Assembly (NCBI GenBank): GCA_965277715.1
Contig: OZ255836.1
Span: 480,001 to 544,000, forward strand
DNA: 64,000 bases
Origin: Gammaproteobacteria bacterium
Lineage (GTDB): Bacteria; Pseudomonadota; Gammaproteobacteria; JBCCGL01
Direction of reading: 5' to 3'
Below, piece after piece: positions 10,308-18,308 of the stretch. The notes beneath the pieces were generated by a model that was not told the DNA's origin, searched no databases, and saw only the letters and a program-made list of their open reading frames with translations. The translations under genes and the position numbers were made by a program. The number at the start of each line of letters is the position of its first letter. The first letter of the stretch is position 1.

Positions 10308-10327
10308 ACTTTTTAACCTTTTTAAAA

Positions 10328-10744
10328 ATGGCTTTAAACCAATTCGGTACCGGCGTGGCAGCAGCAGCATTGGCTCTTTCCGCCAATAATGCTTTGGCTG
10401 ATGAACCAGCCACGGGCTTAGAACACCTTGCCCCAGCCGTAGTAGAGCAAATCGCGGAGAACTATCGAGCGTGTATTGAGGAAAATATTTTAGCGTCTGA
10501 TTGGAATGGTGACGGAAAAATTTCTAACACCGGTTCACCCGATGGCTACGAAGAAGCAGACGCTTTAGCTGACTTAAACGACAGTTGTGATGAAAATGTT
10601 GAACAAGACATCACTCTGGCCGAACTGAAACAACGAATTGCTGTAGCAAAACAAGAGGGTGCTGAGGCTGACATAGCCATTGCTGCCATAACGACCAAGT
10701 TGATGGAGGAACTTAGAGTCAAATTCAATCAAGAAAATAACTAA
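10328..10744 (+). CDS. Secreted acidic protein with DxNxDG Ca-binding-like loop
   Basis: MALNQFGTGVAAAALALSANNALA signal peptide; DWNGDGKI; C-terminal coiled coil. Confidence 0.75.
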   Translation: MALNQFGTGVAAAALALSANNALADEPATGLEHLAPAVVEQIAENYRACIEENILASDWNGDGKISNTGSPDGYEEADALADLNDSCDENVEQDITLAELKQRIAVAKQEGAEADIAIAAITTKLMEELRVKFNQENN

Positions 10745-10758
10745 GCGGTTAACCTGCG

Positions 10759-12195
10759 ATGAATGACCAGCTATCGTCAGCCCCCAGCGAAGACCAGCAC
10801 GCTCTTGAAAAGCAAGCCTACTGCGCGGCCTGTACCACTGAGCGCGCCGCCTTACAGCAAGAGGTTGAGCCACCAGAAAACCGGGTAGCCGTGTTTGCAC
10901 AATTAACCATTGCCGGTGGCAAGTGGGAGAAGCTCGAACCCCAAGACCGGCAAGCCGAAGCCTGCCAAATTTTGTGTGACTACGAAATAGATAAACGTGA
11001 AAGAACGCCCGCATTTGACCTGACAAGTCGGCCTATTCAGTTTGTTCAAAGACTCGTTAATCAAAACCTCACCACGGTTAGTAAGGACACCGCAATCAAT
11101 GATGAAGAACAACAGGCGCAAAAAGAAGAAACGGTAAAACAAAAAAAACAATCTACGCAAGCCGACTATCAGAACTTTATAAGTGAACTAATCGCTACCC
11201 CCGAATGGCAAAAGCTATCATTCATCGAGCAAATGAATCAATTAGTCACCGAGCCAGCCGTGCCCGAAACAGAAAAAGCCAAACTGCGCCAGTTCCAAAA
11301 GATTTTGGATTTATCACAGGCCGTACCAGCCGACCAAGCCATTATCGAGCAGCGCTTAAACACGCTGGATTTTAGCCAAGGCATCCCCAGCCCCACGGCC
11401 TTTATCCAACAGGCTATTTTTAGTTCGCCAGAGTATGACAGCGGCATAAGTGCGGCCACCCAAAACGCCATTGCCACCGAGTTTAAACTGACCCCACGCT
11501 CGATTAAAACCGGCAGCGATTACACCGCCGCCATGAGCGCCACAAAAACGAATGCCAACGGCCAAGTGTCACCCGCGTTTCCCGAAAGCGCACCGCTCAA
11601 GTTTCGCCCCGGGTTGGAAGGGTTTACTTCCAATAACGGCCAAGATGAATTTATGCGAGCCACCACCTCGCACGGTGACCGCTGGCAAGTAGAAGTAACC
11701 GACTGGACTCCCAACGATAAAGCGCTCGCCGCTGAGTTATTGCAACTGTGGGCGATGACCGAAGAAGCCGGAGAAAGTGGTTATTTAATGTCGCTAACCC
11801 AACTAGATTGGGCGGCCACCAGCCGTATAGACCCACTCAAATTAAAAGACGCCGCCCAAATTATCAACGCCACTTTTGGCGGATTTTCGGGGTACAACGG
11901 CGAAATTTTTTACGGTGATGACGAACTCAACATGATTCGCTGGCAAGCCCAACTTAAAACCCCCAAAGGAGACGCAGCGCGTAGTGACCGCAATATGAGC
12001 ATGACCGACGACGCTTTAAAAGGCTTAAAAATTCGCGATAATGAAGGGAATGTAGATTTAGACGTATTGCGAGCCTTCGGTGAATATTCCAGAGACAACT
12101 GTTTTGTCACCCCCGACTATGAGGCGGTACAAACCCATTTGGCAACATTATTTCCAGAAAAATTCAAGAACGACAAAAACCGCCGGAACTTTTGA
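10759..12195 (+). CDS. Hypothetical protein (478 aa)
   Basis: Long ORF co-oriented 14 bp after previous gene; no motif recognised. Confidence 0.8.
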   Translation: MNDQLSSAPSEDQHALEKQAYCAACTTERAALQQEVEPPENRVAVFAQLTIAGGKWEKLEPQDRQAEACQILCDYEIDKRERTPAFDLTSRPIQFVQRLVNQNLTTVSKDTAINDEEQQAQKEETVKQKKQSTQADYQNFISELIATPEWQKLSFIEQMNQLVTEPAVPETEKAKLRQFQKILDLSQAVPADQAIIEQRLNTLDFSQGIPSPTAFIQQAIFSSPEYDSGISAATQNAIATEFKLTPRSIKTGSDYTAAMSATKTNANGQVSPAFPESAPLKFRPGLEGFTSNNGQDEFMRATTSHGDRWQVEVTDWTPNDKALAAELLQLWAMTEEAGESGYLMSLTQLDWAATSRIDPLKLKDAAQIINATFGGFSGYNGEIFYGDDELNMIRWQAQLKTPKGDAARSDRNMSMTDDALKGLKIRDNEGNVDLDVLRAFGEYSRDNCFVTPDYEAVQTHLATLFPEKFKNDKNRRNF

Positions 12196-12233
12196 CATTG
12201 GCATAATCATGTGTATGCTAATGACATACATAT
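12192..12233 (+). promoter_or_regulatory. Sigma70-like promoter with overlapping operator palindrome for the TA operon
   Basis: TTGACA (12192)-16 nt-TATGCT (12214); inverted repeat tgtatg-N7-cataca over the -10. Confidence 0.6.
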
Positions 12234-12248
12234 AACCGATCTAAAAAA

Positions 12249-12515
12249 ATGCCATCTAGTTCTATACTGAGCGTCCGAGTCAGCCCAGACGAAAAAATAA
12301 TGATCCAACACGCCGCCGAACGTACCCGCTCGTCCGTGGCCGAATTTATGCGCCGCAAAGCCTTAGAAGGGGCAGAATTAGAGTTGATGGAGCGTCGAGT
12401 GGTACAGATTGCCCCCGATCAGTGGGCAAACTTTGAAGCCATGCTGGCGGCACCTGCTACCGATATTCCAAACTTAAAAAAACTGTCTCAACGCCCGCCT
12501 GCATGGGAAAAATAA
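12249..12515 (+). CDS. DUF1778 RHH antitoxin (TacA/AtaR-like)
   Basis: LSVRVSPDEK...AA...SVAEFM...FEAML..P...L..L; overlaps GNAT gene. Confidence 0.9.
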   Translation: MPSSSILSVRVSPDEKIMIQHAAERTRSSVAEFMRRKALEGAELELMERRVVQIAPDQWANFEAMLAAPATDIPNLKKLSQRPPAWEK

Positions 12516-13009
12516 CCGCGCCACGCCCGCTGGCGCAAACCGACAACCGAGATAATTTTGATTGTGGCCACGAGAGCCTTAATCATTGGTTCAAACGCCA
12601 CGCGTGGGGTAATGAGCGCCAAAATGCGTCACGTACCTATGTGGTTTTTGATAAAGAAATCGACCAAGTAGCAGGCTATGTGACTTTGGCGACCGGACAG
12701 ATTGAGCGAGCGTACTTGCAAAAAACCAAGCAGCGAAACTTGCCCGACCCCGTACCGGTTTTGATATTAGGACGGCTCGCCATTGATATTAAATATCAGG
12801 GGCAAGGCCTCGGTGCCGACTTGCTCAAGTTCGCCCTGCAACTCACGGTTGCCATCTCACAGTCTGTGGGCATTGTTGGCGTGTTAACTCACCCGTTATA
12901 TGCAGATGTTAGACCCTTCTACGAACGACAAGGATTTTTGGCAGTGCCGGGAGACCCCAAAGGGAGTCTATTTTTGACCGTCAAGCAACTAAAGCAAAAT
13001 GGGTTTTGA
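12503..13009 (+). CDS. GNAT acetyltransferase toxin (TacT/AtaT-like)
   Basis: FDCG..SLN.W, LGRLAID..YQGQGLG, FYER.GF. Confidence 0.9.
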   Translation: MGKITAPRPLAQTDNRDNFDCGHESLNHWFKRHAWGNERQNASRTYVVFDKEIDQVAGYVTLATGQIERAYLQKTKQRNLPDPVPVLILGRLAIDIKYQGQGLGADLLKFALQLTVAISQSVGIVGVLTHPLYADVRPFYERQGFLAVPGDPKGSLFLTVKQLKQNGF

Positions 13010-13057
13010 CACCTCTATTGAGCACGCTAAAATAACCATAAACTAACATTACCCCTT

Positions 13058-14917
13058 ATGCCCCATCGCGCTGTTGGTGTTTACCCAGACCAAGACGGCG
13101 AAATATTCGTCAACTTTGAAAGCGGTCAAAAAGGGGTTCGGCTTAAAAATCTCATCCCAAAAAGTGCTCGGGGTGAGGCATTCGATGATTTTGATGTCAG
13201 CGGCTACTTTAGCTTGGCACAAATGGTTTTAGTCACCCCCGAAGACTTGGCCGTTTTTAACCACGACTCAAAAATTAAAGGATTAAGAGAAGCCCCTTTA
13301 CCCTCCATAAACACCGTTGGCCTTGGACTTTGTGAACCAAACGGAGACTTGAACCCCGACCGAACGGCCGAGCTTTTTAACGTAGTGGCGGCCTATTGGG
13401 AATACAAAGACAAAATGGGGCTAGAACTTGGCTATGTGGCGACCCTGTGGGAGCGTACCAATAATGCGGAAGAAATTATTAAGTTTATCAAAGACAACAC
13501 GCAACAAAACCCACAAACCGGAAAGCCTGAATTGGTTTTTCCAAAAGCCGCCCCAGAGGAAGCATTAGTTGCGGCACTATTACCACTCGATGCACCGTTT
13601 GCAGAAATAACCAAAGAAAAGCTGGAAGCCTTGACCGAATGGCTAAGCTCCGTCCCTCGTGGCCACGCTATCTACGAAAATCCTAAAAGCAGGGCTGCAG
13701 ATTTGGTCTTTTTAGGCTTGGTTGATGCTTCTAGCAAGATAGATAAAACCACCGCCGATGCCGCCAAAAACTACCTTTGGGAACGGCTCGACCAGCCACC
13801 AAACTATCCGGCACTATGGCGACACATACAAGCGACTAAAGGTCTCTATCCTGCCGATGATTTGGAGGCCGATTACAACGCGTATAACCTGCATTTGGCC
13901 GAACTAGCCGACAACGGTGTTAGTAATGTGGCTCTTGTAAAAGCCATTCTTGCGCTTGCCAAAACCAACGTAGCGATACCCACGGAACGACTGTATCGGG
14001 CTGCACGAGTAATGTGGGAACTGGAACAAGCCAAAGATCATCGCGGCACTATGGAAAAGACGCTTAATCAAGAAACACTAGAGGTGGGTAGTTGGTTATT
14101 TTTTGATAAGGCTATAAATTTTACGCGGACGGCACAAAAAATGGTGGTCTCTGGAGCGTCTAAGGTTGAATTGGAAGCTTACCTAGAGACCTCACTAAGC
14201 AAGGCCAGTTCGCCAGATTATATTCGCTCTTTTAAAAATTTTTACCAAAGACCGGAGTACCCCAAAACGTTGCAAGAGATTGGGGTGATAGATGAAAGGG
14301 GAAAGTGGTCTGAAGTGGGTTTTATACGGCAACAAATCTTAATAGCCGAAGCTGAACAGAAAGAGGTTTCACCGTCCTTGGAGTGGCTGAGATTGGCATT
14401 ACACCTTCGTTACCATCCCGAAGATACCATGCCGTTTGCGTGGGCGTTGCAGGATGGTAAATTAACCACAAAATCTTTAAAAAATGCACGTCTTTTGGCA
14501 AGTATGGCCTTATCTGGTGGAATGACCGGCTCAAAATTTCAGATTGGCGAAGTTATCACGCCAGAGCAGTTCCAACTACTCTGGAAATTTGGGGCTTGGT
14601 TGGCTGATGATGTAACGGTTTACCTCAACTATGAGTACCCTAGTTTGTGTTGGTTGGCAAAATATACCCAACACCCACGTTTTTGCGTAGAAGACTGGCA
14701 GGAGATTTGTGATTTTGTCTTTGGCAAGATCCATCAAGATCCAGATCCAAACTTGCTATGGGACTACTTAACACAAAAGGGAATAATCTCTCCAGATTGG
14801 CAAGAAGACGATTATCAGCAAAATTCAGCCTCGCCATTTAAAAACGCAAAAATTGGCCGCAATGACCCTTGTCCTTGTGGGTCAGAGAAAAAATATAAAA
14901 AATGTTGTGGGCGGTGA
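13058..14917 (+). CDS. Hypothetical protein with C-terminal SEC-C motif
   Basis: Ends KIGRNDPCPCGSEKKYKKCCG; own promoter-like TTGACA(13006)-16-TAAAAT(13028). Confidence 0.85.
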   Translation: MPHRAVGVYPDQDGEIFVNFESGQKGVRLKNLIPKSARGEAFDDFDVSGYFSLAQMVLVTPEDLAVFNHDSKIKGLREAPLPSINTVGLGLCEPNGDLNPDRTAELFNVVAAYWEYKDKMGLELGYVATLWERTNNAEEIIKFIKDNTQQNPQTGKPELVFPKAAPEEALVAALLPLDAPFAEITKEKLEALTEWLSSVPRGHAIYENPKSRAADLVFLGLVDASSKIDKTTADAAKNYLWERLDQPPNYPALWRHIQATKGLYPADDLEADYNAYNLHLAELADNGVSNVALVKAILALAKTNVAIPTERLYRAARVMWELEQAKDHRGTMEKTLNQETLEVGSWLFFDKAINFTRTAQKMVVSGASKVELEAYLETSLSKASSPDYIRSFKNFYQRPEYPKTLQEIGVIDERGKWSEVGFIRQQILIAEAEQKEVSPSLEWLRLALHLRYHPEDTMPFAWALQDGKLTTKSLKNARLLASMALSGGMTGSKFQIGEVITPEQFQLLWKFGAWLADDVTVYLNYEYPSLCWLAKYTQHPRFCVEDWQEICDFVFGKIHQDPDPNLLWDYLTQKGIISPDWQEDDYQQNSASPFKNAKIGRNDPCPCGSEKKYKKCCGR

Positions 14918-15070
14918 TGAGGGGCGTAAAAGGCTAAAGTTCTCATGCCAAGCGTAGAAAATGGAATCATCGGTTATCGTCACGACCTTCTCGAATCTCG
15001 GCTATAACGTCACGAATTTGACAAATAACCAGCCAGTGTTAGCATGAGGACTATACTAAAACCAGTATCT

Positions 15071-15340
15071 ATGAAAACAACCAATATGCACACTATTACA
15101 AAGCAAGTACCTGTTAGCGAAGTGCCTCAGCAGTGGCGTGCAGGGTTAAGCAACAGCGCATTGATTAAAGTGACATTAGAAACCGTTCCTGAAAAGCCGA
15201 GTTCTCGACAAGTAGACCGCCAGAAAATCATCCAACAAGTTGCGGGTATTTGGAAAGACCGCGAGGATATTTCTGCCTTGTACGAAGACATGCGGCAAGC
15301 AGATAAGACAAAACTCGATTCCACTATACCCAAAAATTAA
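15071..15340 (+). CDS. Putative VapB-type antitoxin
   Basis: Small gene abutting PIN toxin; AGIWKDREDI motif; promoter-like TTGACA(15018)-16-TAGCAT favours start at 15071 or 15086. Confidence 0.7.
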   Translation: MKTTNMHTITKQVPVSEVPQQWRAGLSNSALIKVTLETVPEKPSSRQVDRQKIIQQVAGIWKDREDISALYEDMRQADKTKLDSTIPKN

Positions 15341-15715
15341 ATGGCGGTGCCTCTGCTCGATACTTGTATCTTGATCGACATCTTGCGAGGCAAACCCTCC
15401 GCAGTTGATCTTTACAGCAACCTCGAAGCCGAAGCGGCTGTGTCTGTAGTATCAGTGCAAGAGCTACTTGCAGGCGCACGGCCTGCGGAGTTAAAAGACA
15501 TTCAAGCCTTGCTCGCCACCTTTACCCATGTACCGGTTGATTTTGACGTGGCTTACAAATCAGGCGAATACCTCAACCAGTATTTTCGGAGCCATGGCGT
15601 TGGCTCTAATGATAGTTTCATAGCGGCCACAGCCACCCTTTTTAACTACCAGTTGCTAACGCTAAATTTAAAACACTTCCCGATGATTCCTGACTTAAAA
15701 AAAGCTTATTTGTAA
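15341..15715 (+). CDS. vapC: VapC PIN-domain toxin
   Basis: LLDTCILID, SVVSVQEL, DSFIAATA, LLTLN.KHF. Confidence 0.9.
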   Translation: MAVPLLDTCILIDILRGKPSAVDLYSNLEAEAAVSVVSVQELLAGARPAELKDIQALLATFTHVPVDFDVAYKSGEYLNQYFRSHGVGSNDSFIAATATLFNYQLLTLNLKHFPMIPDLKKAYL

Positions 15716-15744
15716 TTTTTTTACGAAAAACTCATTGTTAAATA

Positions 15745-15888
15745 TCATGCAATTTTCCAAAGATCAAGCAGCGCTCTAGCATGATATAAATGATCGCCTT
15801 CGGGTATACCGAGTTGATTCAATAGTGCTGGCGGCAGTTTTACTGAGACATCTCTTTCGAGTACCGAACTTGATATGCTACCTCTTAT
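15745..15888 (-). pseudogene. Possible AbrB/MazE-like remnant
   Basis: Startless frame encoding VKLPPALLNQLGIPEGDHL. Confidence 0.3.
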
Positions 15889-15965
15889 GCATATTAGCTA
15901 GATACGTATTAAGACTACTTAAATATGCCAGAAGGTTCTATAGTGTGGTTAATTTTCAATAAAGT

Positions 15966-15997
15966 AAAAACCCGATGGATGAGAGTCCATCGGGTTT
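15966..15997 (-). terminator. Rho-independent terminator after methyltransferase
   Basis: aaacccgatgga-N6-tccatcgggttt stem with T-tract on minus strand. Confidence 0.75.
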
Positions 15998-16004
15998 GAC
16001 GAGG

Positions 16005-16619
16005 CTACCGAAACTGTTTGGTGGGTAACCACCAGAAAGTTGGGCGACCAGTATACCGAGGTGTCCAGATAGCCCAGTAATACTGTTGCTTGGCTATTCT
16101 GGCTTGCCGTGAGGTTGGTTTTCCCTCCGGCCAGCAGGTTAGATCATCCAAAGCATAAATAGCGCTGGGTGGGGTTTTAGTAAATTTTGGTGTCCTATCA
16201 GGATTACACAATGACCGTAGGTTTAAGAGCATGGCCACGGTGCCACCGGTTTTTTGGCAGTGCATGAGGGCTTTTCGGACAAAGGCATCGCCTAAACCGT
16301 GCATACCATAGGGCGGATTGGTAACGATATTTTTAGCCAACGGTTGCGTCGATTTTAGGAAATTTTGGTTGCCTTGACCATAGCCACGGTCGATAAGATC
16401 GGTAGAAACTACGCGGTAACCGGCATTTTCCAGTTCTTTGGAAATATCGCCTGTGCCACAAGCAGGTTCCCAAATATCACCAGAAAAATTTTCAACAGAC
16501 AGCAAGGCGCGCGTAGCTTCTGGCGGCGTTGGGTAGAACTCAAAAGGCGCACGACCAGTGTATTGGGAATGGTTTTTTGTGCTCGTAGCGCAACGTGAGC
16601 GGTAGTTTGGGGTGTTCAT
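16005..16619 (-). CDS. Orphan amino-DNA methyltransferase (phage/MGE type)
   Basis: FYPTP, WEPACGTG (motif I), IVTNPPY (motif IV). Confidence 0.8.
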   Translation of the reverse strand: MNTPNYRSRCATSTKNHSQYTGRAPFEFYPTPPEATRALLSVENFSGDIWEPACGTGDISKELENAGYRVVSTDLIDRGYGQGNQNFLKSTQPLAKNIVTNPPYGMHGLGDAFVRKALMHCQKTGGTVAMLLNLRSLCNPDRTPKFTKTPPSAIYALDDLTCWPEGKPTSRQARIAKQQYYWAIWTPRYTGRPTFWWLPTKQFR

Positions 16620-16868
16620 GATTTATAGGGTTAAGAAATAGTGAACACCTTGGCACTAAGCAAATGGTTTTAGCGGAACTGTCAAAGGAGGAACCCGTAG
16701 GGGCAAATCCTTGATAGTGTAGTGCCATTTGCAGGGTCAAAGGAGGGCAATTTTTCTGAACCCTATAACTGAAGACCATTGACGCTGGCGGTATGTCGCT
16801 ACCCAAAAAAACCAGCTTAATAGCTGACCAGCTCTGGTGTGGTAACTCACAATGATGCTCGGAATCTA

Positions 16869-17354
16869 CTACGCCTTGTTGTCCACGTTTTCCAAAATGG
16901 TATTGGTAACCTCTTGGGCAAGGTGCAAAGCCAATTCTGGTTTGGCCAATAGCCAAGCTTGATCTTCCGACACGGGAGTTTTAGTGTCTACCGACAACTT
17001 TCCCTTAAAATCAAACTCGGTCAAAAATGGCTGGCGCTGCGATTCCCACTGGGTATTTCGCCGTGAGTCCACTTTGTAATTAAAGGCCACGCTAGGGGCA
17101 ACATCACAGCCATTAGGGGCCATTTCGTAAGCTGAGTGGGTCATACCTACCAGAGCGTCAGCAGTGGCTTGTTCTACTTGGGTGCTGAGCAGCGCCATAA
17201 TTTCAGCGGTAGTCATATTTTCTAATGGTTTATCGCCATTAACTTTTACTGTTAAATCCCAGTCAATATCGTGCTGGCGGTGCTCGCCGTAATCTTGCGG
17301 TTTATAATGACCAGTCGGGCAGGTAACGCTAATGGGAACATAGTTTTCTTCCAT
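16869..17354 (-). CDS. Hypothetical protein
   Basis: 161-aa ORF co-oriented with operon. Confidence 0.7.
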   Translation of the reverse strand: MEENYVPISVTCPTGHYKPQDYGEHRQHDIDWDLTVKVNGDKPLENMTTAEIMALLSTQVEQATADALVGMTHSAYEMAPNGCDVAPSVAFNYKVDSRRNTQWESQRQPFLTEFDFKGKLSVDTKTPVSEDQAWLLAKPELALHLAQEVTNTILENVDNKA

Positions 17355-17411
17355 GAAATAAAATTACTAAGTCACTGTATTATAACATATTTATAGAAAA
17401 AACCTAATAAG

Positions 17412-18308
17412 TCACCGAATAAGGCTAATTATCTTTCCTTGTGAGGTTTGCCAAATGTCCCCTTTTAAGAGAGTTGTTGCTGTCACTTGTTTATGATCGG
17501 TTACTAGCGTAGTCGGTTTGCACTGCATTTCGTTAATCAGGCGTACCATGTTGGCCGCCCGACGGGGGCTATTGGTCTGAAATAGCACAATAAAGCGGTC
17601 AAAGTCACCATATTTAGAATAAAGTCTGTGGGTGGCGTAGAGGTGATAGGCGGCTATTTTCCGGCGGATGGTTTCTAACCCCTCCGTGCCCCGATCAATC
17701 TCAACAAAAAAGAGGCGTTTTGCTTCATTTTGAGGGCTTTCTAAAATAACGGCGGCGTCAGGAAAAAACACCGTGGTTTGCCCAGTAGCCGGATCACGAA
17801 TTTCCTCGTAAAGTCGATACCGTTTCAGGCCAGTAAGTGAAGTAGCGCCTTCTTTGAGGAGAAAGTCCGGCACAAACAGGCGTAGCGTCAAACTCTCCGC
17901 TTGTTGCAAAGCCAATTCTAAATTGACGCGAAACTCCGCTAAATCCAAGGCGTGAAGCTGGGGGTTATGTTTTAGTCGCTTTTTGGTGCGTGAAAAAACA
18001 AGACCAATACCATTCTCATTGAGGCACTTTGCTCCAGCCTGATCGAGAAAATAAGCAACTTCTGAATTTTGACCCTCGTTGCCATACTGTAAAAACGGAT
18101 GGGCGCGACCTAGATACTTATTGTGAAACAAGAGCTTTAGGCGTTTTTGGCAGCTTTGCGACGATTGATTTTCGGGAAAAATCAACCGTTTAATTTGGCC
18201 GGTGCGCATGTAACGATAGCGGTTCACCGCCTTGAGAATATCAATATCTCGCTCGGTTACTCGAAAAGCCACGCCTCCTTTTATACGCTGTGTCCGAGCG
18301 TTACTCAT
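17412..18308 (-). CDS. Replication-relaxation family protein (MOBC-like relaxase) 2
   Basis: TERDIDIL...YRYMRTGQI wHTH, LHALDLAEF, FPDAA...FFVEIDRGTE...K..AY. Confidence 0.9.
   Translation of the reverse strand: MSNARTQRIKGGVAFRVTERDIDILKAVNRYRYMRTGQIKRLIFPENQSSQSCQKRLKLLFHNKYLGRAHPFLQYGNEGQNSEVAYFLDQAGAKCLNENGIGLVFSRTKKRLKHNPQLHALDLAEFRVNLELALQQAESLTLRLFVPDFLLKEGATSLTGLKRYRLYEEIRDPATGQTTVFFPDAAVILESPQNEAKRLFFVEIDRGTEGLETIRRKIAAYHLYATHRLYSKYGDFDRFIVLFQTNSPRRAANMVRLINEMQCKPTTLVTDHKQVTATTLLKGDIWQTSQGKIISLIR

Noticed and set aside
9014-10744. 576-aa ORF as a single gene
   Set aside because: Overlaps three better-supported genes; only the last 138 aa look like a real protein. The open frame is kept as a low-rank finding.
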